From Octopus sinensis (taxonomy: Eukaryota), in contig NC_043013.1 in NCBI RefSeq assembly GCF_006345805.1, positions 16,244,001 through 16,308,000 on the forward strand: a stretch of DNA of 64,000 nucleotides, written 5' to 3'. A model generated the notes under the pieces. It saw nothing but the letters and a program-made list of their open reading frames with translations. It ran no database searches and had not been told where the DNA came from. Positions 12,450 through 26,800 of this stretch are shown here, in pieces. The position numbers and the translations under genes were made by a program. Each line of letters opens with the position of its first letter. Position 1 is the first letter of the stretch.

Positions 12450-15400
12450 TATATCATCATCATCATCATTATTTAGCATCCGTTTTCCATGCTAGCATGG
12501 GTTGGACGGTTCAACTGGGGTCTGTGAAGCCGGAAGGCTGCATCAGGCCCAGTCAGATCTGGCAATGTTTCTACGGCTGGATGCCCTTCCTAACGCCAAC
12601 CACTCCGTGAGTGTAGTGGGTGCTTTTATTTTACAACATGCATACATATACAATTCGATATACACATGGATATATATTTGAGAGCGGGAGAGAGACATCA
12701 GGTTTCTTTCAGTCTCTGTCTACCAAATCCACCCACATGACTTTGGTTGGCCTGCGGCTATGGTAGAAGACATTTGCACAAGGTGCCACACAGTGGGACT
12801 GAACCCAAAACTATGTGGTTGGGAAGCAAACTTAGTAACCACATTACCATGCCTGCACTTAGCGACACCTGACGACTATTACAGTATTTCTGGCTGTAAG
12901 AGTATCAGATGATATCATAGTACTGATCATTATAATAATAATATGGGGGTGATTAACTGGTAGCTATAACAGTTAGAATTGATGGTTTTAATTGTATTAA
13001 TGGTTCTGGTAAATGTACCTGGTGCCTTAGACCACTCGGCCATTCTGAGTGTGATCGTTGCCAGAGCAGACAACTGGCTTCCGTACCCGTGGCACGTAAA
13101 AGGGCACCATTCGAGCGTGATCGTTACCAACGTCGCTTCACTGGCACATGTAAAAAGATTGCCAGTACCGCCTGACTGGCCCCCATGCCAGTGGCACATA
13201 AAAAGCACCCACTACACTCTTGGAGTGGTTGGCATTAGGAAGGGCATCCAGCTGTAGAAACTCTGCCAGATCAAGACTGAAGCCTGGTGCAGCCATCTGG
13301 TTCGCCAGCCCTCAGTCAAAATCGTCCAACCATGCTAGCATGGAAAGCGGATGTTAAACGATGATGATGAGGTTTTATTAGTCAGTATTGGTAGTTGCCG
13401 TAGATACTGGTAGCTGTAATAGGAGCGATAAACCCATTCAAATACTGACAATATTTGAATAGAAAGGACATTGCGAATGAGGATGTCAATCATTTTAATT
13501 GACCAAAGGCAGCGGAGGAGAAAAAATATAAGAGACAGGAGACGAGTTGTAGTCAAATTGAAGACAGAGATGGCAGCAGAAAGAGATAAGTGGTATCAGC
13601 CTATAAATGAGGTCAATGAGAAATAGTGGGGTACTCGTGTACTCATAAGAGCTGATGTAGGGTAGAGTGAGTGTGTGTGTGTGTGTGTGTGTGTGAATGA
13701 TAAGGGCCAACGAAGGACAGGAAAGGAGATGAGTAGCAACAGATTTAAGAAATATTAAATTACATTTAATAGATAAAAAAATATTCTTATCTTAGATAAA
13801 CAAATGCAATATATATTTGGAAATTATCATCATCATCATTTAATTTTAGTTTTTCCATGCTGGCATGGGTTGGATGGTTTGCAGGAGCTGGCAAGGTTGG
13901 AAGCTGTACCAGGCCCCATTGTATGTTTTGGCATGACCTCTACAGCTGGATTATTATTATTATTATTATTATTATCATTATTATTATTCATCCTCATTAT
14001 AGGTTCAGGCATGGCTGTATGGTTAAAAAGCTTGCTTCCCAACCACATGGTTCCAAGGTCAGTCCCACTGCATGGCACCTTGGGCAAGTGTCTTCTACAA
14101 ATAGCTCCAGGCCAACCAAAGCCCTGTGAGAAGATCTGGTAAAAAGAAACTGAAAGAACTCATGTGTGAGCGTGTGTGTGTCCTTGCTTTGACATTACAT
14201 GAAAGTTGTAAATGAATATGCTGTTACACAATCAGTATCATCATCATTTAATGTCCATTGTCCACACTGGTATGGGTTGGATGGTTTGACCAGGGCTGGC
14301 AAGTTGGAAGGCTGCACCAGACTCCAGTCTGATTTGGCATGGTCTCTACAACTGGATGCCCTTCCTAACTTAATGACTCCAAGAGTCTTATGGGTGCTTT
14401 TATGTGCCACTGGCACAGATGCCATTTTTGTGACACCAGTATCTGCCACCAGTGTGATTTTACTTGGAAAAGTGTATGTTAAAACGATGGTGTTTTTATC
14501 TTCATTAATTTGATTTAACCAGTTGAAATGATGTAATCTTCTCAAAATATTTGTCTCACACCATTTTCACATTAAATATAGCAGCAAAAATTCCCTCAAA
14601 TCATATCCTACCACCTTTAAAATAAATGAAAAGTACATCAGATACTGTGGTCTGAGATATACACATGAATAATGTCTGATTGTTCATGGTTGGAATATCT
14701 TTAATCATATCTAAATCAAATATTCATGATGGTTATGGCTGGAACGTCCTTGATGGGTCAGCAGGATCAGAGCTGACCTAAGACAAGATGACAAAGAGGG
14801 ATACATTGAACAGTGTTGTCTGAGATATACTATACCTAAAGAAAATACAGGATGCTCATAAGAACGTCCTTGATCATAGGCCAGCGGAATCAGAAATAAC
14901 TTAGGGCAGTTGGGTGTTAAACAACAAAAAGATACTCACCGTGCCCCGGGGTAGCCTTCAGAATACTTATTGGTAAGGCATGAGCCTGTAACATCAACCA
15001 CAGCTCGACTGGCAAAGTTCTACAGAAGAAACGGTGAAAACATTAACTCATTTATTACCGCATTTCTGATGAAATAAAGTCTCTGTTTCAATCAATTTTT
15101 TAAATAATTAAGAATTCAGTAAAATAACTCATTATAAAGCTGGTTTTTGGAACATAAATTAATATGAAATTTTGATATAAGGCAACAGTTCTCAACCAGG
15201 GTTCATATAAGATTTTTGGGGGTCCAAAAGTAGTAAATCAGGGATCCACAATGGCATTTTAAGGGCCATGCTAGTGAAGGCACATCGAACTTATGATCGT
15301 GAGGTTGTGAGTTCGATTCCTGGACCAAGCTACATGTTGTGTTCTTGAGCAAGACACTTTATTTCTCATTGCTCCAGTTCACTAAGCTATAGAAATGAGT

Positions 15401-18400
15401 TGCAACATCATTCATTGGTGGTACCAAGCTGTATCAGCCTTGGCCCTTTCCTTTGGATAACATTGGTGGCGTGGAGAGGGGAGGCTGGTATGCATTGGCG
15501 ACTGCTGGTCTTCCATAAACAAGCTTGCCTGGACTTGTGCCTCGGAGAACTTTCTAGGTGCAATCCCATAGTCATTCATGACCGAAGGGGGTCACCCTTT
15601 CACCCTTTCCATGCTAGCATGGGTTGATTGGTTTGGCAGGAACTGAGGTGTCCAAAGACTGCATATAGCGCAAGTGTCTGCTTTGGCATTGTCTTTATGA
15701 CTGGATGCCCTTCTTAAGGCCAACCACTTTACAACAAGGACTGGGTGTTTTTTGTGCCACCTGCACTATTGAGATTGCCATGCTGTTTACAGGACTACTG
15801 GCTCAGGGTAGGTGTTTGTGTAGCAGGGGGTCAGCATCCTGCTAAGGAAAAAGGGGATTACTATGAGCGAGGGCAGGCAGAGAAGGTTCATGCAGAGGGA
15901 TCTGCATGGCTACCCCCATCTAGTATGAAAAAGAAAAAAAAAGGGCAGAGAGAACAGAAAAAAAGAAAATAATTAGTAGGAGTTGCACACATAGATAATG
16001 CTAATTAAGATGTCCAGGTACCCCCCACAAGGCACAAGCTGAGCAAAGGTTGATGGGTGGGTGGTTTGTAAGATTGTAAGAGAAGATGAATGGGGAGGGG
16101 AGCAGACTACCAAAATGGATGAAGGGAGGATGAGAAAAGCTGGGGATGAGGAGCAGAGAAGAGTGGTGGGCAGCAAACAGCAGGAGTAGTAAAGATGATA
16201 CAGCTGCTGATGGTGAGAGGATAAGAGAGATGGGGGGGTGGGGTGAAGACAGTGCATGAAAGGAGGGAGTCACAGTAGTGAGTGGAGAAACCAACAGCAA
16301 TAACAATGAAATGTAGATAATTATACAAACTTCTGAAGCAATTAATTCTAATCCATAAATTTGCCGGTTTTTCTCCTTCTGTAACAGGTCATGCACCTCA
16401 GGGTCGACATCTTTCAGTTCTTCTTGACCAGTCCATACTGTCCGATGCTGACCAACTTTGGTGATGGTGGCAGCAGCAGCGGTGGTGGCAGTAGAGGGAG
16501 GGAGAAGTTGCTACAATGAGAGAACAATTATTAAAAGACAATAAAGTGGAATGGTGTAAACAATAGTAACAGAAATCAACAGAATGTGAACTGACCAATA
16601 AATACATTTAGCTGATCAATAGATCACCTTCTCAACCCTCCCACCCCTTTAATTCAGGAGAATATTGAGGATGTGACAACTAGAGAGAGACAGGGCTGCA
16701 CCAGCACTGGGGCTGGCATTCATTTTCATATGATTAACCTGGAGCAATATGAAGTGATATATGTTGCTCAGGGACACGATATACCCCTATTCCAGGAATT
16801 CAGCTCACAATCTTGTGCATATTAGCCCAACACTAACCATTACACCACACATGTGGTAATGGTTTCAAATAAGGCGGCAAGCTGGCAGAATCATTAGCAC
16901 ACTGGCCAGAATGCTTATCGGTATTTCAGCTGCCGTTATGTTCTGATTCAAATTCCGCCGAGGTGAACTTTGCCTTTTGTCCTTTTGGGTTCGATTAAAT
17001 AAGTACCAGTTAGGCACTGGGGTCAATGTAATCAACTTAATCGCTTTGTCTGTCCTTGTTTGTCCCCTTTATGTTTAGCCTCCTCTCTCTCTTTCTCTTT
17101 TACTTGTTTCAGTCATTTGACTGCGGCCATGCTGGAGCACCGCCTTTAGTCGAGTAAATCGACCCCGGGACTTATTCTTTGTAAGCCCAGTACTTATTCT
17201 ATCGGTCTCTTTTGCCGAACCGCTAAGTGACGGGGACATAAACACACCAGCATCGGTTGTCAAGCAATGCTAGGGAGACAAACACAGACACACACACATA
17301 CATATATATATATATACATATATACGACAGGCTTCTTTCAGTTTCCGTCTACCAAATCCACTCACAAGGCATTGGTCGGCCCGGGGCTATAGCAGAAGAC
17401 ACCTGCCCAAGATGCCACGCAGTGGGACCGAACCCGGAACCATGTGGTTGGTTAGCAAGCTACTTACCACACAGCCACTCCTGCGCCTGTGGGCAATAAA
17501 GAAATATAAAAAAATGGTTTCAAATTTTGACACAAGGCCAACAAGTTCGGGAGAGGGGGTAAGTTAATTACACTGACCCCCAATGCTCAAATGGTATTTA
17601 TTTTATTGACCCTGAAAGGATGAAAGGCAAAGTGAACCTCAGTAGAATTTGAACTCAGAAAGTAAAGATGGATGAAATGCCAATAAGCATTTTGCCTGGC
17701 ATGCTAATGATTCTGCCAGCTCATTACCTTTACACATCTATTAATAACACTGCTAACTTGTCAGCCTGACAAAATAGTTGCCCCACATCTTACAATTGAG
17801 TGGTTCGCAAGAGGTAAGGGTGTTACCTGTAAAACCAGTAGAATCAAAAATATGCAAATTCTATCTGGAGTCGAAGTAGTGAAGACATGTATATTAACTC
17901 TTTCATTATCATATTTCTATTTAAAAATACAGTGCTTTTATTTTAATTTAGAAAATAATGGAAATTTAGTAAATAACTGCCTTAATGAAGCTGGTATTTG
18001 AAACATGAATTAATATGAGATTTTGATAGGTTTTTATTTAGATTACTTGTTTTGACACCAGCTTATTCCTGTCTTAACCCACCTTTTACAAAATTTTTGT
18101 AGAAAACACTATTTTTGTTTAAAATAATTTTGAAAAATGGAACTTAATAAAATTACAGTCATTATTAGGCTAGTGTTTAGAAAATAAATTAACATGAAAT
18201 TTTGATGGAAGGTTTTAATTAAGAATACTTGGACCCTTTTGTAACCAAATGAAAAACATACTGCTTTTGCTTCTATTAATTTCAAAATAAAGAATTTCAT
18301 AAAATAACTGTCATTATCAAGGTGATGTTTAGAACATAGATGAGTATGTCTATAAAAAAGTTTTAATTGAGATTACTTTGAAACAGAAAAGTTGTATCAC

Positions 18401-20270
18401 AGAACCAGTGTGGGTCTCAGGTGAGTTGGTATCAAAACGATTAAAGCACAAGTTTTAGGACACTACCTGAAAGTAAACACAAAACTGTTCACACTAGTTT
18501 GCAAGTCAGACAGTAACGGGCCAAGTTGCAACTTCATTGTTGAGTGTTAACAACAGGAAGAGATATCCAGCTGAGACAGCTAATTATACCAGCAACATGC
18601 CGTTGTGCTAATTAATCGATTAAATAAACACATAAGACAGTGATTATTAGAGCACAACACAATACCATGTGACATTGGTTTCAATTCTCACTGAACGGAG
18701 TTCAAATCCAGTCAAAGTTAACTTTGCCCTTCGTCCTTTTGGGCTTGTAATAAACTAAAGCCCAAGATTACTCTCTTTACTCTTTTACTTGTTTCAGTCA
18801 TTTGACTGCGACCATACTGGAGCACCGCCTTTAGTCGAGCAAATCAACCCCAGGGCTTATTCTTTGTAAACCTAGTACTTATTCTATCAGTCTCTTTTGC
18901 TGAACCACTAAGTTAAACACACCAGCATCGATTGTCAAGTGATGTTGGGGGGGACAAATACAGACACACAAACACACATATATACGACAGGCTTCTTTCA
19001 GTTTCTGTGTACCAAATCCACCCAAAGCTTTGGTCAGCCCGAGGCTATAGTAGAAAACACTTGCCCAAGGTGCCATGCAGTGGGATTGAACCTAGAACTA
19101 TGTGGTTGGTAAACAAGCTACTTACCACACAGTCACTCCTGCACCTATTAGTGAAATTGTTAGGACACTGGATGAGAAATGTCCATCACCCTGTATATGT
19201 AACCATGACAACACAACCAGGGAGCCTCTACATTAATCATGGACACACTGTGATCCATGGGTCTTTCTGAATAGCATGCCTAATAAAAGAAATTATCTTG
19301 AATGTTTTTAATAGTACAACCGGCCTGATAATGAGCTGTCTCATGTAACCCACTTCTCAAGAAGGGCTGCTCTTGCCTGCTCTATGTAGTTACTTGAACT
19401 GCTAAAAACAGCAACTAAGTTCCCTCAAATTACACACTTCATCGTACCTCTAAAAACAGATGGTCAAACCTCTGGCTCAGTTAGGGCTGATCTGGGAGTT
19501 AAACAGTACAGATAAATACACAGAAATTCAGACCCATGAAGGAGCAGGCCTCTATGTAGATATTCACAAAGTTAGAAATAGCAGCAAAATCTTCCTCAAA
19601 CCAGAACCTACCGTGTCAAAAGAGGTCTTCAATAAAATAAAAAATGGAATGGTCAGAGTTGATCATGCCTGACCACAACCCTGCTCAATAAGGACTGACC
19701 AATGAATAAATAACTATAACAGCAACAACAGATCCAACTGTGGTGGGGGGTGGGAGTGGATATCAGCTATAATACCATATCTTTCTTTAAATTTACTTCC
19801 AGGAGTGAATTTGCTTTCAAATGGTAGAGTCATTCGAACATCGGATAAAACTTTGTGACATTCAGCACACAGAGTCCAAAACCATCAAAAGTCAAATTTG
19901 CTTTCGTCCTTTTAAGAGAAGCCAACCATTGCTTTGTGAATGGTTGATAGAAAGAAACTGTAAGAGGCCCATCATGTAGGAGTGTGTGTATGTATGTATG
20001 TATATATATATATAGTCCAACCCATGCCAGCATGGAACATGGACATTAGATATATATACAAATATACCTTTTATCTTTTACTTGTTGCACTCAGACTGCT
20101 GGAGCATCACCTTGAAGAATTTTTGTCAAACGAATCAATCCCAGTACTTTTTTAAGCCTGATACTTATTCTATTGGTCACCTTTGCTGAACTGCTAAGTT
20201 GCAGGGATGTAAACATACAAACATGTTAACTAGTGGTGGAGAACAGACAGACATAAAAAGACACACACTT

Positions 20271-20321
<51 letters not shown>

Positions 20322-20765
20322 ATAGGTTTCTTTCAGTTTCCATCTACCAAATCCACTAAAGACTTTGGTTAGTCTAAGGCTATGGTAGAAAATACTTGCC
20401 CAAGGTGCCACACAGAGGGACAGAAACCAGAACCATGTGATTCGGAAACAACTTCTTACCACAGTCCTCATCATCATTAAAACCACTTTTCCATACTTGC
20501 ATGAATGAGTCAGATGGAATTTGTTGAGGCAGATTTACTACAGCCAAATAGGTTTTTCATGGAAGGCCAGAAACAAACATCACTTCTATGATATTGATGC
20601 TCATTTGCAATCAGCACATGATGTCAAGACAAAGGTGTACACACACACAGCTTCTTTCAGTGTCTTTCCACTATATCCGTTCAGAGATTTGGTCCTCCTA
20701 AGCCTATAGTGAAAGTCACTTACCTAGGTTCCACAAAGAACAAACAGAGATAAAGAGACACACAC

Positions 20766-20821
<56 letters not shown>

Positions 20822-23800
20822 GGTTTGGAGAGGATGTACAGGTATTTTATATTAGAAGAAATTCGGTACTCAGAAATTCAGATGGTTTTATATTTACAGA
20901 TATTTATTTGCATATTAAAGGTTTTTATACATCATATAACATATATTATATATTAGCGCTTTCGCCCATGCTATATATATAGACACACACACACACACAC
21001 AATAGGTTTCTTTCAGTTTCCATCTACCAAATCCATTAAGGAATTTATTTCTCATTCCCCCAGAAGTTTATAAATTCTTATAAGGTCCACAATATATATC
21101 ACCATAATTTTAATGTCCATTTTTCCCTGTTTTTATGAATCAGGTCAAATTCATTGAGTCCCTCTCTCTTTTTACTCTTTTACTTGTTTCAGTCATTTGA
21201 CTGTGGCCATGCTGGAGTGCAAATCAACCCCAGGACTTATTCTTTGTAAGCCTAGTACTTATTCTATCGGTCTGTTTTGCCGAACCGCTAAGTTACGGGG
21301 ACGTAAACACACACCATTGGTTGTCAAGCGATGTTGGGGGTACAAACATAGACACACAGACATATACACACACATACATATATATAAATATATACAACGA
21401 GCTTCTTTCAGTTCCTATCTACAAGATCCACTCACAAGGCTTTGGTCGGCCCGAGGCTATAGTACAGGACACTTGTCCAAGGTGCCACACAGTGGGACTG
21501 AACCCTCTCAACTATTTCTGAGCAAAATAATATTTTCACATGGCCAGACATGTTTCCATGAAAGATTGGAAATAAACGACCCTACTTATGACAGTGGTGC
21601 TCGTTTACAACTGCTGTACATTATCAAAACACGTGTGCACAAATACATAGACTGGTGGTCAATGCAGAAACTAGGGATAGACAAGTGGTTGGTAAGAGCT
21701 GTACAAACCCTGTACAGGGATATTGTCAATAAGGTGAAGATTGGCAACGAGTATAGTGAAGAATTCCAGATAGAAGTAAGGGTTCACCAAGGATCAGTCC
21801 TCAGCCTCCTATTCTTTGAATATTGTTATATGATGTACTCTTGAGGTACACACAGCCATTTTCCTACATGCAGGAAAACAGGGGGACATGTTATCGAAAG
21901 ATATCTTTTCCTTAAGGCGGCGAGCTAGCAGAAACGTTAGCACACCGGGCGAAATGCGTAGCCGCATTTCGTCTGCCGTTATGTTCTGAGTTCAAATTCC
22001 GCCAAGGTCAACTTTGCCTTTCATCCTTTCGGGGTCGATAAATAAAGTACCAGTTATGCACTGGGGTCGATGTAATCAACTTAATCCCTTTGTCTGTCCT
22101 TGTTTGTCCCCTCTATGTTTAGCCCCTTGTGGGTAGTAAAGAAACATATCTTTTCCTAAAATTATAAAAGTATATTTTGCAAACTTTATTTTTACCAGAT
22201 TGAGAGAAGACGCAGCGGTTTACTCTGGCTTGGAAAGACTAGGGTGGGTGGATGAGGAGATGGAAATTATAATTTAGGTCAACAACTTAAAACAAGGAGG
22301 ATGAAGACAGAGAAAGAAGAGGATTAAAGCACAATATCTTGGTTTTATTTTATTTTTTTTTTCTGAGAGAAAAATCTGATTCAAGGAGTGAACCAGATTG
22401 ATAACGGATCCACCTCTACCCAACCCTGTTCTGAATTAACCTGTGTCTAATTAATATAATGACACAACTAGAGACATCTGTTTAATCCCTTTAGTATTCA
22501 GATAACTGCCAAATGCAATGTTTTGAATTAATCAAGCATTATTTCATAGAATAGAGATTTCAATGGCATGCTTGTTTAATTTTAGAATAACAGATCTGAC
22601 CAGTTTGAACATAAAAAAATAGAATATTTGGGCCAGATATGGCCAGTTTAATTGCTAAAGGGTTAAACAAAGACAACACAGGTGGTGTGTGTGTGTGTGT
22701 TATTTGGTTCCAGGTCAGAACTAATGATCAAAGGTGTTGTAGCTAGGACCATCTTGTCCTTTTAGGGGTGGGTATCAGGGAATACAATACATCATCCAAA
22801 GTGTCCTTCCTGTTTTTTTTTTTATTGTAGTGTGATATCTGAGGGAAATTTAGTTGCTATTTCTAGTAGGCTTACAGACCATGTGGGACCTCATATGCAT
22901 ACATGTATATGTAAGGTCAGTGTGAGTAGAAGGGGACTGCAAATGAATATGTATGCAAGGAAGGGATGTCTGTGGTTTTTGTCTTTTTTTTATTTTTGGC
23001 TCTCGTATTTATGAGTGTGTATGTGTGCCCTTCTTTTTGCAAACCCTTTCCTGTTTTTTCAAGTAAAGCAGTTTTCATTTCACTCACCTTCCATAAACAT
23101 CAACACCATCAGCACTTAGCATCTGCTTTCCATGCTAGCATGGGTTAGATGGTTTGACTGGAAATGGTAAGCCAAAGAGCTGCACCAGGCCCCAGTCTGT
23201 TTTGGCTTGGTTCCTATGGTAGGATGCCCTTCTTAATGCCAACCACTACATAGTGTACTGAGTGCCTCACACATGTCGCTGGCGTGGGTGCCTCACATTT
23301 TATTGTTCTCTTTTACTGAACTTTGGAGATATGCTGTGATTGAGAAGACCCAGCAACTAAAGTGAGATCACAGCCGTGGCCGATGCCAGCGTTGCATGCC
23401 CGGCCCATTTAAGAGTACCCCTGATGCGTCAGGCAATTTGATATGCTTGAGAAGACCTGTTGAGTCAAGTAAAACCAAAATCGTAGCTGTGGCCAGTGAT
23501 CCCTGACTGGCCCCTGTTCTGGTGGCACATAAATAGCACTATCTTAACATGATTTACCCCAGGCCTGCCTGGCTGGCTCCTGTGCCAGTGGTATGTAAAA
23601 AGCACCCACTATTCTCGGAGTCGTTGGCTCTAGGAAAGGCATCCAGCTGTAGAAACATTGCCAGATCAGATTGGAGCCTGGTGCAGCCGCTGGCTTTCCA
23701 GATCTCAGTCAAACCGTCCAACACATGCCAGCATGGAAAACGAACATTAAACAATGATGATGATACAGGCACACACACACAATATTAGGTGTCCCTTGGT

Positions 23801-26800
23801 TTTTTACAGTAGATACATTATATCCCTGCATATTGTATGAGGTGATTGAAAAGCTCCACATGAAAGGTGTCCAACCATAAAATACTATCTCAAAAAGTTC
23901 AACACATTCCAGTTTGGAAAAGCAAACATAAAAACTATGAACCACATATATACATATACACATCTACCCAACCTAATGAAAGAACCCCTTCATGGCCACT
24001 TCACTCAATCTGCTAGAAATAGCAGTCAAATCTTCCTCAAATCACACCCTAACATTTAAAACTAAGATATGATATACAAAAAGATGGAAAGGCCATGACT
24101 GGAACACCTTTGATCAAATGTCTACTTACGGTTAACCAGATGCTAAACAACTACTGGCTTTATCAAACATCACATTTTGCTTTAAAGAAAGGCCCAAGTT
24201 TGTCTTGTTCAGTACATAAGAACTCACCTCGCAAACTTAACAAATTTGCACATTTAGTCAATGTAATTAGTAAATGCTTTTAAAGGGAAAAAAAATGCAC
24301 AGCGAAAGATAAGATTAGTTGCATGGGTTGGATTACAGTTTCATTGCTGACCTTGCAACAAAAATATCTGCTATTTGCAATATTAGCAGAATTATATTAT
24401 GCTAACACATACACAAAAATGCATACAGACACATGTATATATACAATGTGTGAGTCACAAGCCAACAAGGAACCTCTGCACTATCACCCAACTGTTTGAG
24501 AAATAGTAACTAAATCTCTCCTCACATCACTCCACCTTACCATAATGGTTCTCATGCACATCAGAGTTTAAAAAGTCCATATCAATAGTTGAGCATCTTA
24601 AAAATCATGTTCATAACTTCGCTATACACAAGCATGAGTAATAAGGCACAGCTACACTTTAGTGCCCACAACGTTTTTCTCATAAGTCTCTAAAATGTGA
24701 CTTTATATGAAATTTTACAGAGTTTGTTTTCTCCAGGTGAAGATTACAATTATCTTTCAGCTGTTAGACAGCAGTCATGCTTGGGTTACCACCTTGAAGA
24801 ATTTGTAGTCAAATAAACCAGCCCCAGTACTTTTTTAAAGCCTGATACTTATTCTATCAGTCACTTATGCTGAACTGCTAAGTTATGAATGTGTAAACAC
24901 ACCAATGCCAGTTGGTAAGCAGGAACGGGGCACAAACACTGACACAAAAACACACACAGCTTCTTTTAGTTTCCATCGACCAAATCTACTCACAAGGCTT
25001 TAGTTGGCCCATGGCTATAGTAGAAGACTCTTGCACAAGATGCTATGCAGTGGGATTGAACCTGGAACATTATGGTTAGGAAGTAGACTTCTTACGACCA
25101 ACACAGCCACGTTTGTTCATAAAATAAAAAATAAAAGTTACCAAGTTGTTTCTGATCATTCTTTCCATTTTCCAATGGATTCTTCATAACTCTCTTCAGA
25201 AGTCTTTTTTTTTTTACTGGCATTTTGCAGAATTAGAATTATGTTTTCAAATGTGTAGATTATGTAATGCTTAGGTTACAAACAAAGAAATCTTAAAAGA
25301 TGAAAAATGATAAATTGATGGTAAGAAAGATAGGGGAAAGTTCCAAAATCTTCTCCCTGCCATCCAATCACACCCCCACAAAAATGTCCTAAATTTTATC
25401 AATATAACCATGTCTACCCTTGAAAACGTATTTCTGTAAAAATTCAATTACAAATACACACATTTTCCAGAAAGTTATAAAGAAAAAGTCGGGAAGTGGT
25501 GAGGGCACCAATCTAGTCATGCAATTAGTCAACAGACTAAGTTTTTCTTCCCTAAATATTAAAGTTTAAAACGGATTTTGCTTTTAAAACTTTCTGTGCA
25601 AAGTGCACCAGTTATTCATCTCCTGAGTGCCACGATGCCAAAATGACGGAGAACTGCTGGTTAACCCTCTTATGGACATGTTGGATAATGGGTTTCTGTC
25701 TCTGGCTTCCTTAAACGTTGGTAAAAGATGAGATGGTCATGGCTAGAATGCCTTTAATCATAGACCTTACACATTCGGAATTGAGCTGAGAGCTAAATAA
25801 CGACAACGACGACGACGACAATAAAGATCTACGTGGTTGTTCGACGTGCTGGAAGTAGCAGCAACCCCATCACCTCCACCACCAAATCACATCGTGAAAG
25901 AAGGGTAAGATATGTTGGTATGACGTAATTACGAATACACTATGTCCGAGACGTGAAGAAAGAATGGATGGTCACCTGTGGAATGCCCTTTAACTATAGA
26001 TCTGCTAATCTAAGCCTTCAATTTTTGTCGCCACACAGGCCGAAGAAGTTGTTATGTAGCCGCTACAGCTGCTAGAAATAACAATCTGATCTTCCTCAAA
26101 TTACCCCCTACTTAAAAAGGGAATACATTACTATAAATGGTGTAATCATAAATACACTGAAGAGACTGCTCATGGCTGGAATCCCTTTGACCATTCATCT
26201 TTCTGGATCGGAAATAACTTTTAACTAAGCAAGAACAAGATCAAATTTCTTGCTGAAGTTTTTTTAATTTTTATTTATTTACTTATTTTCTCAGAATCTG
26301 AATCTCTGGTTCAAAAAGAAAGGGGAAAGAAATCAAGACCATTATACTCAGAAGGGGCTCAGACTTCCAAAATAAAACGAATAAATCAATATACGCAAAA
26401 ATAGAAATAAAATAAATGCACACTATGCATATTATATAAAAGATCCCTTTGTACTAAACGTTCTGCAGCAGCAATCTGAGGTGACAGTCACGGGAGGGTG
26501 TTCATGTTTCGCTTCTGTAATTATTATGTGATACGAAAACCTATGACATCATGGTTCAGCTGAGACAAAATATTTACTAAAAGTTACAAGTTTGTAATTG
26601 AAGAAGCAAGATATCTACGTCGTTGCTACACAACAATATGCAGAGGTCTCCAAGAGGGGACACGTAATTCTTTCTACGATATACCCCAACCAGAGCCGGG
26701 TTAAGACCCATTGAGGCTCTAAGCACCACAAAGATCTTGGTGCCCTCCTACATGTGTAATTCAAAACAAACAATAAGTAACCATAAAATACATATTTTTC

